This document shows, in pieces, positions 14,301-26,311 of a stretch of 64,000 nucleotides of DNA (position 1 is its first letter; each line of letters starts with the position of its first letter). The notes under the pieces were generated by a model that was not told the DNA's origin, searched no databases, and saw nothing but the letters and a program-made list of their open reading frames with translations. The stretch comes from Schmidtea polychroa. Taxonomy: Eukaryota. The DNA lies in assembly GCA_044892525.1 (NCBI GenBank), contig CM097885.1:122822001-122886000 (forward strand). Reading direction: 5' to 3'. The position numbers and the translations under genes are program-made.

Positions 14301-17300
14301 ATATTAATTTGTCATATATACAAAGGACATAACTTGGTTTGCACATTTTGGTATTTGAGCATTTATAAATCCTTTATATTAACTTCGCTGGTGGTAAATG
14401 AGTGTGACACGCAAGTCTTTATAGTACTAATTTACCAACTTCTATTCATCCATCGAAATGAAACTTCAATGACAATGAGGTTTATGAAGTTTTGGGTGCC
14501 ACATTTACAAAAACTAAGACATCAAAGTTGTGTTTACAGCACTAAAACTTCAAATTTTAACGGGCTTTTGAATTTTGAAAAAATTATATATGAATTTGAA
14601 AGTAATTTGAAACCGCGAGATTTTGTATATACTAAAAAGTGTCTTTATGCGTAGATTTTTATTAATTATTTTGTTCACAGATTTCCTAGTAACAATGTTT
14701 CATATTCAGTTTTAACCTTGTTTGGTTTTCATTAGTTAGGAATATCAATTCTATAATGGTTTTGCAGAATATTTATGCAGATAGCAGTAATATAAAATAG
14801 TAGTAGCTGAATTCTGGTAGAGCTAAGATTAAAAATTTTTAAATATTTGGCTCTACACATAATATATTAATGAATCATGCTTTTTTAGAAAATTTCTTCC
14901 CTAGCCAAAAAGTACGTAGTTTTACTTAATAAGTAAAAATTATTAAGATTTTAACATTTGGGAATGTGTTGAATGATCCATAGACTCGAAGGTGTTCCAC
15001 AAGAATTTAGAGTTCAAAAACGATATTAGAAAAGTTTAAAATAATTTATCAAAAATCAATATTTTTTAAATCTTTGAAGTCTTTGATCACTCGTTAAGAT
15101 TTAACTAGCACCGTCGTACTCAGCAAATTAAAGCATACACAATTTTAAAAATTCTTTGTTAAATGGGCTTGTAAAAATTTTAAATGCTGTCTTCAAAACA
15201 AAGAATTTTTTGTGGATTTAGAAAAAAAATTGAAATATTATTTTTACACAAATTTCTTGTACATGCTTTATCTGTGGAAAACCGTGAGTTTTCACAAAGA
15301 TTGGCACATCAAAATGTAGTCTTAATTATTTATCTAATTCATGATTTATCATTTCACCTATAAGTATGGTGACCATACGTCCTCTGCTATTTTCGTAATA
15401 AATAAGCCTATAAGCAGTGATGGAATTCAGCCGGTATGCACCGGTGCGCCGTATTGGTTCTTAATAAGTTCTAGTAAGCGAGCATGGATTTTTCATTTTA
15501 AAAATCAATAAAAATTTGGAAAGTTCCAAAGAAAATTGAACCCCATCACTGCCTGTAAGTGATATTCCAAAATGCTGAATGGCTCTTATCTGCCTGTTGC
15601 TTAATATACTATTAATGCAGAGTTATTGCTCTTTAACTTTACGCAGCAGATGACATTACATGTACAGATATGTAAAGAACAACCTTAACAATCGAGATGT
15701 TAATGCAGGTAAAGACGTACGTTAACATCCGACTTGTAAAAATCGTGGCATTTGGTGTCAAAAACTTGCCCTTGCTACCAATATTTTTTAGAAATATGAA
15801 AGAGTGGGGCCTCGGGAAAAATCCCGAAGTCCCAATCTCTAAGCCGGCTCTGAGTATAACAATAATAATTTAAATTTAATCTATTACTGGATTTCGGGTA
15901 TTATCGATATTTTAAATCCTTTTTTCGGATTCGTCTCAATTTACAGTCAATCTGGTTCTCCATATTCAGTTGAATTTCCTTCATGACCGATTAATAAATA
16001 ATTACATAACATAAATACAGACCGTGTAAAATGCGAGAGAGGATCTTTTGACACGGGCTTCTAAAATATAAATACCAATATAATTGAAAGCTATATAAGA
16101 TGATTAAGGAGTTTTAATCTTAGCTATAGCAACAAAATAAATATCTTATTATAAATTCTAATACAACTTATAGAGGATTTTATGTTTGACTTAATTCCAC
16201 TTTCGATTTGCCTCATATTTAAACTTAATAATACGTTCGTTTGCTGCTCTAAAGCTCCAAAAGCATCTTTTTATTTATTACGTTTAGTTTTTTGATATTT
16301 GAATCAATTTTTTTTTGAAATAATAAATTTTTGGTCATCAAAAACATACAATTTTTACATCACATATATTACCTGAGCTGGGCCTTTAAGTGGTTTTTAC
16401 AAACCTCCTATAAAGACATCAAAAATTTCAGATTATCTCGATTAAGGAAAATATGATGAACACTACTTCCAAAATATTTCATTTTCAGGGAGCTTAACCA
16501 GTTTATATATTTAACATAACATAATAGGTATTTTTATTTTTATACTATTTTAGATTAAGGATTCTAAATTTTGGGGAACTAGATATATACTCAGTGGTTC
16601 TGAATGTGGTCATATTCTAGTTTGGGAAAAAAATAGTAAATATCCTATAATGGCAATACCAACAGACGAAAGAGTTACTAATCGAATCGAACCTCATCCA
16701 TTTTTACCAAGTTAGAAGTATTTAAATATAATTAGTTTTACAATTTTAAGTAGTGGATTAGTGTTTGTAGATGATTTAATATAGAATAAACAAACTATTT
16801 ATGCTGTTATCTTCAAATAAAGAACAACTTCGACATATAATTTCCAAATTGAATCTACTATAAGCAGACGATTTGTACGTCACACGCCGGTGACATTTTT
16901 GCCGTGACACCCACACACAAAGAACTCAAAATTTTGTTTGATCTTAATGGACCCTTTAGATCCGGGTATATTAGTTGTGTGAATTCTGACTGGATATCAC
17001 TAATGCGTGTCTGTGTACAGATTTTATGCTTAAAGCAGATTTAATTTGGAATTGACGTGATATTAATCTAATCAAATAAATATCTTTATATATAAATATT
17101 CCATATTATTGTTTACTCACCTAAAAACATCATAAGATATCAAAATATGATTTTTCATCAATTAAAAACTTTAACAATTCAGAAAATGAAAAGATGGCAA
17201 GAGTTGGGTGTTTGCCACCTGGTGTACTTTTTATAACTATTATTTTTTTAGGAGCCAGTAGCTAATATATTTGTGTAAGATGTGCATTGATGTTTAAATA

Positions 17301-20300
17301 TATTTTTGCGGAACGTTAAATTTCTTTAGCCATCAATTTAAATTTGAGTAACCATGTTTTTACTTCTTCGACGGATATAATTTCTTCATCAATAAATATT
17401 GTTGGGGTAATATATAAAGGTACAAAATCGTATAGAAGCACAAGCAAAATCAATAAAACACCTGTTTAATAATTCAAAGTCTGATATATTCTAAAATCTG
17501 TTTGATGACATAACTTCAAGTATTTATCTCTTTAGTATCGAAGGATATTATGTAATAATTCACATGAAATATTAGACATGTTTCGGGCATACACTAACAT
17601 ATGCACACGTATCAAATCATTCACAATAATTATTATTTAGATAATTTAATTATTAGATTACTTAACACCACAATGGTAAAAGTGCGAAAATTAATTAAAA
17701 ATTTATAAAATTTTAAAAGTAATATTGATCGGGGAAATAAGTTTGGTTCAACTCCAAAACATGCAACGAGTCCCAAAATAATAATAAAAATTTAACGAGT
17801 CGTTCCTAGAGAAAGTAATAATAAAATAAACATATTAAAATGAATTAATTGGGTAATGGAAAGCACGAGTCAATGGGAAACCTGAGTACCGTGTAAAATC
17901 TGAGGCAAATAGAGAGCCAAGCAGTAAGGGAAGCCAGACGAATTATTAAATGATTAGATTTATTTTAGATAAATCTTCAAAGACAGGGCTGAACAATTTG
18001 CTTGTTGTTTAGGCATTTAGACCTGAATTTCAGGAATAATTCCTGGTTGATAATTAAATTGTTTTCAACGAGAGCGTGTAAAATGGAGAGCCGTCGAGAA
18101 GCAAATTGCCATTCGGTCGAAGAAGACAAGATTTAAACGATGTATTTGAAAAGAAGCTAAAAGTGAATCAAGAAGAAGTTAGTGAAATAAATATACAAAC
18201 TTTTATTATAATTCCAAATCTGTTTGACGTTCCAGACAAGACGACTACCAATTGGACTGTCTTAGCGTTGAATCAAAGAAATATCTGATGGAAGAGTGCA
18301 AATTAGTGACAAATTGTAAATTACTCGGAGAATCAATAAATTTGTCCTGTGTTGGGTTTTAGTTATTTGACACAAGGAGTAAGAAACTAACCGACTTCAT
18401 TGATTAATAATCCAAAAATATATAATTTATGTATGCATTCGAACATCTTTATTAGAATATCTAGTCCCTAAACAGGATTGACTACTGCCTCATGATTTTT
18501 ATAGCATAGAAAACATTTCATTTGATTTTTTTTCATTGAATATCGTCTGATTTTCCATATAAGTAATATTGTATGACGATCTTCAATTTTCGTTGTTTCT
18601 TACTGCCTGACTTCAACTGCTAGGTCAGCAGGCAATGATTTATTAATAATATATATTAATTATTAATAATCCTAAAATTTTATCTCACAAGTTAACGTCT
18701 TGAATAATAAAGTTTTGATAAATTTCGTCTTTTACAATTTTTTAGTAATAGCAACATGTGGCATTGATTACAATGTAAAGATCGTTGGATCGACTCTTCA
18801 ATCTATAAATTCACCCGAAGAACAAAAGGCTTATGTTGAAAAAGTAAGTATCTAATAGTATAAAATGTTATTTATTTGTTTGATAAACAAATGTATTTAT
18901 TAATCTATTAATTGTGGAATTTAGTTTTGAAACTCACGTCAATCACTGGGTAAATGCACTCATTAAAAATTTCAATAAAAACGAAAATAAATCTAAATTT
19001 AAAATAAAATGTTAAATTGTTCATCAATTATAAGAGCTAAAGGACCTCAACGTAATTTGTTTGCAAATCAAAATACACCTAATTCTGTTTTTACACAATA
19101 TATACGTTCCTAAAAAATTCGTGTAAAAAAGATATTGGCTGAATGGAAAAATAGTAGATTGTTTCCATACCTAAAAATGTAACAAAAGTATAATAATAAA
19201 TATAAAAAAATCATTGTTAGAGTTCACAAAAGAATTTATTTTTCGTGCTTACACATTTTAATTCATTAAATATATTATATAAAAAAGTAAAAATAATATA
19301 AACATAACAAATTTTTATTCATTGTCATTTTCTGATACACGTATACGTTTGCGTAAGACTACAATATCACTACTATTACTCGAATTATTTTGTTCATCGT
19401 CTTGGGAAATTATTTTTGTATTATTATCACTAGTCTCCTGTGTTGATAATTCAGAAATTTTTAAAGATTGTTATTAAAGATTGTGTTTGATTTGGTGCTA
19501 AACAATTATAAAGTTCTCTGTAGGATGCCATTAATTATTTCAGTTCACGTTGAAATTTTTTAGCTCGTTCCTCATCAGAATCATGTTGTACAAAATGTTT
19601 ACCTAATTTCCTGGCAAGATCAAGACCTTCTCTAATTAGAGTTACATTTAAAACAGGAGGATCCTCTTCGTCATTATTGCTATGTTCCTTGCCATGATGA
19701 GTCTCAAAGGTGAGGTCTATAATTTCATTTTCACTCAAGCTTTTATCAACTAACAACTCCTCTATATCTGCAAATGATAGATCATCGAATCCCTCTCCAC
19801 CAATTGCATGTGCCAGTGTTATGATGTCAGTATATTCAGTGTTATTATGGATGACAGGATCCTTGCTTTTGACACATTCTGGCCAAACATTTTTCCAACA
19901 TGAGTTCAAGGTTGATGGCTTTAATTCAGCTAGTGCTACTCCAACTTGATTAATGCAGTCCATAATAAAAAAATTGTTTCCATTCATCGATAACTGTTGC
20001 TTCCTCATTCTGATCTAGTTATCTAGCACGTATTGGAATGAACGTTTTATGTTGTACATTTTAAATGTAGCAATTATCCCTTGGTATAGCGGTTGTATTA
20101 AGGATGTAGTATTACGCGGTAGAAAACAAAATTGCACATTTGGGTGCTCCAAGATCGGATGGCCATATACATTATCTAGAATTAAAAGAACTTTAAATTC
20201 TAGACATTTTGCATTCATGTGTCGTATAACTTCTGGGATCAAGTACTTCTGAAACCATTCTGTAAAGGTTGCACCCAGTCGTCACCCAGGCCTTTTTGTT

Positions 20301-23145
20301 TGCCATCCAGTGAATTGGCAATTTATTGAAATCTACACCTTTCATTGAACGTGATCTTAAGGCATGATTTACTAGCAGTGGTTTTAACATACGTTCTCTT
20401 GAAACATTGGAACAAAACAACAATGTAACACGGTACTTTAAAACCATCGGCAGTTTTCTGCGATTTCGCAACATAAGTTCTGCTAGGTATTTTTTTCCAA
20501 AAAAGGCCGCTTTCATCTGCACTCCAAACTTGATCTGGGGTGTATCCGCCATCTTCAATAATTTGTCTAAGTTTTTGAGGAAATTCTTTAGCAGCCAATT
20601 CATCTGCAGATGCAGTTTCTCCCATAATTTTTACATTGTGGAGAGCATGCCTTTTAAGAAAACCTGTACTTGCAGAAAATTCAAATTTTTTGTATGACTG
20701 AGATGAAGTGCCTGGCTCAAGTTCTTTAATACGTTTATAGATTCTTAATGCTGTTTGCTCGATAGCAATTCCGTTTACTGATATTCTTTTTTGTGATTTA
20801 TCTTCAATCCATACTACCAAAGCTTTTTCAATTTTCTCTTTGACAACATCTCTTATGTATGATGATGATTTAGCACTTATTTTTGTTCCAGAACATACGA
20901 ATTTTCTAATCGCAGTTTCTTTTTTCTTAATCGTTCTTATGATAGCTTCGTGAATACCAAATGCTTTCCTACAGCCGTTGCACCTCGTCCACTGTTAACT
21001 TTCCTCTTCGTTTTTATTACAGATGAATTATGTGACATTATGTTAAGGCTGCCAAAATAAATTTAATCTATAATTATAATTAATAATACAAAGATTTGAA
21101 AGTTATTTAAAACTTACCTGTTATTGGGTTAATAAATCGATACGAGCAGAATTAATAAATTTATACGAGCACCTTATTTTACTTATAACTTGTTAAACAT
21201 TCACAACAACAAAACGTCTTTTCTTTTCAATTCTCAAAACCAAACTAAATTGCATACAAAGTACATTACGTTTTTACTTTATGTATATTTTGGGGAATCC
21301 CACCCAAAGAATTATATTAAGAATTATATATACACATAATCAACATAATCTAACTGAATTCTGAAGAATATAATGCGAAGTTGAAATGTATGTATATATA
21401 ATTTGTGAAAAATGAAAATAAAAAAATTATTAGAACATCAAAAAAAATTCATTGAATATTGAAAATCGTCTTAAAACAAAGAAATTCGTGTAAAAAGAAA
21501 AAAAATTCTTTTTAATTCGCCTTAAATCAAATTCGTGTAAAAACAGAATTAGTATTTTCAGTATTTTCAAAAATTAGATTGTTGTTAATATTTTAGTTTA
21601 GATGTTATTAAAATCCAATAATATCTTTAAAAATGATTTTTTATAATCGAAAATTTTCACTTAATAAATATTTAGCTGCAAAGGCTTATCTTATCATATA
21701 TTTGTTTAACATTTTATTTATGCTACTGCCAAGATAGCAATAGCAATAGTAAAACGTTTGTATTCTATACAATTTAAATACAATAGATGCGCATAATTTT
21801 CATCATTTTGTAGAAATTTTTATGCTAAAAATATTTTCAAAAAAAAATTATTTTGAAAATCAATCACGTCTAAAAATTTTGAAGGTGAGTTGTACCGTTC
21901 GTTATCACAAAAAAGGGTTGTATGTTGGGGTTCAACAAGAGAGGCACAAAAATGAGGTGAAAATCGATAAAAACACCAAATTCAAAATAAAAATTTAAAG
22001 TACACAATATTAATTAAAAATCAAAAATTTTAAAAATGAATATTTTCTGGAGGAAACTGGTATGAGCGGATGCTAAATAATGAGACGAGTTCAGCTATAA
22101 TAAAATAAAATCAATGGGGGGTCCCTAAAAGGAATAAATTACAAAAAAACAAAAATTAATTTAAAATTAAATAACTAATGGAAAACCCGAGCTAATGGGA
22201 AACCCGAGCTAATGGAGAACCCGAGCTAATGAGAAATCCAATTTTGGGAAGGAAATTAATTTAGCCGGATAAAATAAAAGGGACAAGAGCCGTCAAAGAA
22301 AATGAGCCAATTCCCTTAAATTGAATTAGACCTCCAAGAGGAAGCCCGGGGCGAAGTAAGACCAAAACTAATTGGCAAAAATAAAGTCAATTACCAAGCG
22401 GGTATAAAAGCAACTGGCAAGAAAACAAAACTGCCAGTTGGTCGAAGAAAAGAAAGTCGAAGTAACGAGAGCGAAAAAGGAAATATTAAAGTTGAGATTT
22501 GTTGGCAATTTGAAAAGTGCAGACAAAACCTGATTGTGTCAAGTGTGAGTAAACTAATAAAAAGTGTAAAAGTGTAACTGCATCAGTGTTAATAAAGATT
22601 TTGTGTTGGGTTATTTATTTATTTTGAAAAAGAACACAAAGGAGTCAGACCGTAGTACCGACTTACATTAAAAACCCAACATGTATTAGTCTCAAATAAA
22701 TATTTTGGTGTTCGGTTGTTTACCTTATTTCAAAAAAGAACACAAAAGAGTCAGACAGTGATACCGACTTGCACAAAATACCCAACATAATTAAATAGTT
22801 AAAATATTATTAAATAAAAAATATTATTAAAAAAATAAGTCATTTTAATAAATACAAAAAATAGAATATAAAAGATATTTTAAATATAAATGTAAAATTA
22901 CTATTTTTAGACTAAAAATATTTTTATTATATTGTAAAGTATTGTTGTATTCAGATTATTAATCATAATGAACGAAGAACTGAAAATGCTAAAGGTTGTC
23001 AAAGTATGTCGATGCTTGACCTATTAAGAGTTATTAGAGCTCAAAGAATGAGTAATTTCACGATAATTTTGATAATATAATATTTCTATTTATAGTTAAC
23101 AGAATAAATAGCGGAATTTCTGGATCAGGTGTTAATATTAATTAA
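967..23145 (+). CDS. DCAF6: DCAF6-like WD40 repeat protein (DDB1-CUL4-associated factor), multi-exon
   Basis: GT-AG exons read by hand: 967-1021, 1067-1128 (LEGHRGC), 2459-2690 (AIGGSDSCVRVFDKR), 2734-2963 (LLVNYMYDSIYLFD), 7153-7231 (RIHYNWENTGP, cf. DCAF6 RLRGDWSDTGP), 10089-10155, 10200-10314 (YAGHQNCRTM), 16554-16710 (IKDSKFWG..ILSGSECGHILVWE..NRIEPHP), 18746-18843 (ATCGIDYNVK), 22955-23051, 23096-23145 (stop). Exons between 1128 and 2459 and the start codon are uncertain. Confidence 0.85.
2278..2323. repeat. (TTA)n microsatellite
   Basis: Direct reading of the sequence. Confidence 0.9.
3763..4244 (-). pseudogene. Degenerate copy of the unknown LTR-borne ORF (homolog of 28327-29091)
   Basis: 39 of 63 aa identical to the 28327-29091 protein (IG.LKK.ID..EG.WF.P.Q...EHCRDSL.EESR.QRL.IK.Q.E.LHKV). 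Also has NVFP.HH and a terminal FS-stop. One in-frame stop at ~4003, and an upstream CLIC (CxxC) in another frame. Confidence 0.85.
4552..5019 (+). mobile_element. hAT (Blackjack/Tip100-like) MITE fragments
   Basis: Two ends of the form CCGG(G)ACGTCTGGC(T/A)ACCCTA (4601 and ~5019), multiple AAAACCGGGACA subterminal repeats, and a 50-bp mini-element at 4552-4601. Confidence 0.6.
6211..6580 (+). mobile_element. hAT/Charlie-like MITE
   Basis: TIRs CAGTGGTTCTCAAT...ATTGAGAACCACTG with internal GTGTTCCGCG repeats. The 8-bp TSD is degenerate (tggtatgc/cagtatgt). Confidence 0.8.
7330..8690 (+). mobile_element. hAT/Charlie (ZBED5/FAM200-like) transposase remnant
   Basis: Motifs LLFHT, WL..LAYL.E.F..IN.LN.SLQ and the hAT dimerisation motif FPSTYLCEQGFSAL..MKTK.R.RL. 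3' end ...AAAAGGTTGAGAACCGCTG at 8690. Frameshifts and stops present. Confidence 0.85.
8780..9480 (+). mobile_element. Decayed DNA transposase, probably Chapaev3/CMC-like
   Basis: Remnants of W.I.ADLKVV, C.WDSR...HY, KQFVKALD...F.YL..KFP..S.AKI.E.IFV and YQQLG.NMSL. The superfamily label is from recall. Confidence 0.55.
10713..12606 (-). mobile_element. Full-length decayed Tc1/mariner DD39D (plant-mariner/Stowaway-type) transposon
   Basis: TA-flanked TIRs CTCCCTCTGTCCCAAAATACTGG / CCAGTATTATGGGACAGAGAGAG. Minus-strand motifs DEKWFYLT, KSKKFITKVMFLIAVARPRFD, DNARPH and QPDSPDMNILDFG, with 39 residues between the second and third Asp. Confidence 0.9.
12650..13335 (-). mobile_element. N-terminal remnant of a probable Zator-like transposase
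   Basis: Minus-strand LKIRHKTHRPTIEDESLLLKAIV resembles the recalled Zator N-terminal LK.R...GRP.IE....LLKAI motif. The catalytic region is absent. Confidence 0.35.
13822..14015. other. Assembly gap (194 N)
   Basis: Run of N. Confidence 1.
14365..14655 (+). repeat. Dispersed repeat (second copy ~45235-45440)
   Basis: Shared CCTTTATATTAACTT..CTGG..TGA.TGTG.CACGCAA and GAA.TTGAAA...ATTTGAAAC segments. Confidence 0.6.
15415..15551 (+). mobile_element. 137-bp hAT MITE
   Basis: CAGTGATGG...CCATCACTG termini with an 8-bp TSD cctataag/cctgtaag (7 of 8 match). Confidence 0.85.
17400..18390 (+). mobile_element. Degenerate solo LTR of the TGTTGGGG family
   Basis: TGTTGGGG start, AATGG(A/G)AA..C.GAG repeats at ~17865-17890, and a 3' block GTGTTGGGTT..GACACAAGGAGT..ACCGACTT like 21923-22681. 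Confidence 0.6.
19076..21552 (-). mobile_element. Tigger/pogo (TIGD1-like) transposon, decayed
   Basis: TIR CTAATTCTGTTTTTACAC at both ends, TA flanks. CENP-B-type HTH, SADESGLFWKK.PSRTY, WMANKKAWVT, LLILDN..GHP and LPRNTTSLIQPLYQG (third Asp mutated). Confidence 0.9.
21923..22681 (+). mobile_element. Solo LTR (Ty3/Gypsy-like), 759 bp
   Basis: TGTTGGG...CCCAACA with a 4-bp TSD TGTA on both sides. Internal ~16-bp tandem repeat (AATGG.AAACCCGAGCT). Nested in an older LTR of the same family whose 3' end is at ~22788. Confidence 0.9.
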
Positions 23146-23390
23146 ATTTGTATATTTTAAACAGACATGTTATCATTAATTAAATGTTCAGAATTTTATT
23201 TTTTGCACAATATATTTTAAAAATTAGCTTCTATTTTTTAAATGATTTATCATACACACTTATTTAATTTTAATAAATTTTGAAAATCAACCAATCCCCA
23301 GTGAATAATTGTTTTCATATTTCCTGAATTTCATATTTTCTTGATTATATTGATGGATAAAAATTTATTTCTATGAATTTTTAAACAGTT

Positions 23391-24038
23391 ATGAGATTGC
23401 ATAAAAATTGTCTGGACAATAAACATTTTGAATGGTGTGTGCAAAGACCTAACAGTCCTCTTGTTATTAAGGATGTAATTAACTCAACTTATTCATCTTC
23501 ATTTGTTTATCCGAGTTTCCCTCAAAGAGTTCATAATGGATATTATAAGCGTTCTTATTCATTTTCAACGGCTATTAGAAAATCTCCAGCCATATCTGTA
23601 ATAAATAGAAATTTGGAAAAATTTGATGAAATTGAATATTATCTGAAGCGTCCGATGTCCTTATCAATGAATAAATTAGAAAAGCCTTTCATTTCAAAGA
23701 CTGATTGTTTTAGATGGTCAAATAATTCAAGAGAAAGCAGTTCATGTACAATTACAAGGCATAAGGCACTTAATTCAGATAATTTTAAATATAAAAATGT
23801 GAATGAATTATCCCAGAGAATTTTAAATGCCAATAGAATTCAAAGAAATGCCTCATCAAATTGCCAACAGAATTTCAATTCAAAATTATCTCAAAATCAT
23901 ATAGTTTTGAATGGAGATCATCATGTTCAGCATCAAATAATTAAATCTAAATATTTGCCACTTGTAAAATTAGAAACAAAAATGAATTACACTGTTAATT
24001 ATATACCATATAGATTATCAAAACATAAGCTACTTTGA
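23391..24038 (+). CDS. Hypothetical single-exon protein (215 aa, Ser/Asn-rich)
   Basis: 648-bp stop-free ATG ORF in AT-rich DNA between DCAF6 and PACRG. No recognisable domain or TE motif. Confidence 0.55.
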   Translation: MRLHKNCLDNKHFEWCVQRPNSPLVIKDVINSTYSSSFVYPSFPQRVHNGYYKRSYSFSTAIRKSPAISVINRNLEKFDEIEYYLKRPMSLSMNKLEKPFISKTDCFRWSNNSRESSSCTITRHKALNSDNFKYKNVNELSQRILNANRIQRNASSNCQQNFNSKLSQNHIVLNGDHHVQHQIIKSKYLPLVKLETKMNYTVNYIPYRLSKHKLL

Positions 24039-24113
24039 ATATGTATTATTACATTAGAGATTACTTTTTTATAATGTTTTGAATTAGACAATTTATGTAT
24101 GTTTATGTTAATT

Positions 24114-24908
24114 TTAATTTACATCTCTTTTGTGTCTCACGTCGCAAAATCTTCTAGATTCATAAGTAGGTAACACATTTTTTATTTCGAAATATGCTTC
24201 TAATTCAAATGGACAACATCGAAGTTCAAAATCTTCAAAAAATTCTCGAATATCTTTCTTCAAATTTTCTATCGATTCACAGGAGTATTCTAATTTCTTT
24301 AAGTTTGCATTACAATCTTTTCGGAAAAAAAAATTTATTGGACGAAATATTGTATATATATATGGAAGAAATAAAACTGCTGCAATGTCATCCATATGAA
24401 CAAAGGCCTTTAAAAATAATAAAGTTCTAGAAATTGTTGTATATTTCAAAGTCCTTATGCATATTTTTAATGATGTGATAATGTTAGGTGTCCATTTTAA
24501 TAAATTATCTTTGTTTGAATTATTAATAATGCTTCTCAGTGCCGACAAAGCTAATCTTTGATAAAATTCATCCGAGTCGCTAATTCCTTCGACTAAACAA
24601 GGAAACAAATGTTTTAATGGAAGTGTATTAAGTGGTAATGCCCAACTTGCAACATCTCGATTAGGTAAAATTGTCATTCTAATTGGAATTTTTCCTTTAA
24701 TAAATAATTTTCTGAAATTTGAAGTAATATTACTTTCGCCTATCATTATCTTTGGCGGTTTTCCAACATCAAATTTACGAGAAAAGCTTATTGGTTTGAA
24801 TGCCAATTTTCGCTTTTCTGATTCACTGTCTTTTTTTAATTGATTCATAACACATTTCTGTTTATAAAGATATGGTAATAAATTAAAGGAAAATGAGGAT
24901 ACGGTCAT
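24114..24908 (-). CDS. PACRG: Divergent, intronless PACRG-family protein (axonemal inner junction)
   Basis: FRKLFIKGKIPI (cf. FRKFYERGDFPI), W...L..L...HLFPCLVEGI, ENL..DI.E..E.FE and C-terminal IKNVLPTYES (cf. IKYVVPTYES). Confidence 0.85.
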   Translation of the reverse strand: MTVSSFSFNLLPYLYKQKCVMNQLKKDSESEKRKLAFKPISFSRKFDVGKPPKIMIGESNITSNFRKLFIKGKIPIRMTILPNRDVASWALPLNTLPLKHLFPCLVEGISDSDEFYQRLALSALRSIINNSNKDNLLKWTPNIITSLKICIRTLKYTTISRTLLFLKAFVHMDDIAAVLFLPYIYTIFRPINFFFRKDCNANLKKLEYSCESIENLKKDIREFFEDFELRCCPFELEAYFEIKNVLPTYESRRFCDVRHKRDVN

Positions 24909-25779
24909 GTTGAATTAATTCAAATCTAAATCTGTAAATACAATTGTTTAATGATTAAACATTAATTAACCAAATATAATTTATATTAAAATTACAATTG
25001 CTATTTTAACCCTTTAATGCACATTGTGTACCCGCGAGATAATTCCAGCTGCATGACATACAATAAAAATAAAAATTTTGTAATATTTTTTAAATTTTTA
25101 ATTAAAATAAAGTTCAAAAATGTATATTCTTCATTAAAAAATTTTTTTTAAAAAAGTGAGTTAAAAATATGTTTGAACTTACATATTGCTTTAAAAATAT
25201 TTTATGATGGATGCTTTAAGTTCCTTATTATAATCGTTAAATTTATCGTCAACTAATTTTTACACAAAATCTACTTTTATCATTAAAAATTCTCCACGAT
25301 CTACTTTACCACGCATACATTTCAAATTTTATAGTATTAACTAGTTGAATAAAGAAGATTGAACGGTAATATAAAACCCTCTACGCGTTTATCAAGCGTC
25401 CAGCATTATACCATTTATTATTTATTCCAAAGTAAAATGTATAGATTTTGAATGAAGAAATATCATCATTAAATACATTTAAAATATTTTAATCTTAATT
25501 TATCTATTTAACTTTTTTGAAGTTTCATTTATTATTATTATTATGATCAGATCAAAAGTTTTTTTTCATAAGCAAGTGCCTGGTTTGTCAAGTATTTTTG
25601 TTATTTGAAGCACGAGGAGTAAAATTAATTAGATGTCTACGGAGTTTTACAAAAGAAATTTTTATTTATTGCATATATAATTGAAAAACACCAAAATTTG
25701 ACAGATCGCCACTCAATTCTTCCTTATTGCAAATTAGCCTTTCGCCTAAAATATTTCAGCTTGTCCGGTTCTTCTTGAT

Positions 25780-26275
25780 ACCCCTGTACAATAGTACCTA
25801 CTTTTTCATGTAGGACTTCATATTTTCTTCGCTTCGCCTCTGGTTGCTACATTCTACCTTTTTCCAAAGTGTGCTTGTGACATGCAAGATCCCTTTCGAG
25901 GCCTTTCAGCAAAATCCTGATACTTGGATAGCTGCAATGGAAGATTGAGTTCAAAGTATTGTGAAAACCTTCACAACAATTAGTGGTTTTGGGGGAATTT
26001 TAAATTGCAGCTTCATGATGATTCCAAATTCTGATGGGAAATTGTGGATCCCTTCCAACTGCATCTTCGATGTATGTTGAGAAAAGTATGTAAGAAGTTC
26101 GTTGAACTTTTCATCATCCGGAAATGTATCTGCTAGTGTACCAAAAACTGGTTTTACATCAATTTCTGGCACAAAAGCCAATGCAGCAAGTAATTTAATC
26201 TTTAGCTTAAGGTCGGTGTCCGCTTCGTATTGAATTTCCAGCCCAATACTATTTACTTTTCTAATTATGCTTTGG
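25780..26275 (-). mobile_element. MULE/Mutator-like transposase remnant
   Basis: LLAALAFVP..DV...F, YF...., F.SEFWN......PKTTNCCEGFH..LN..F.CSYPS in shifted frames. Confidence 0.75.
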
Positions 26276-26311
26276 CATTAATTAAATTAAATTAAAAAAC
26301 ATAATCTAATA

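Noticed and set aside
14590-14620. TTGAAA..ATTTGAAAC motif (also ~45370) as a hammerhead
   Set aside because: No stem II or stem I pairing.
22178-22235. CRISPR-like short direct repeats
   Set aside because: Repeats are contiguous with no unique spacers and lie in the U3 of a eukaryotic solo LTR.
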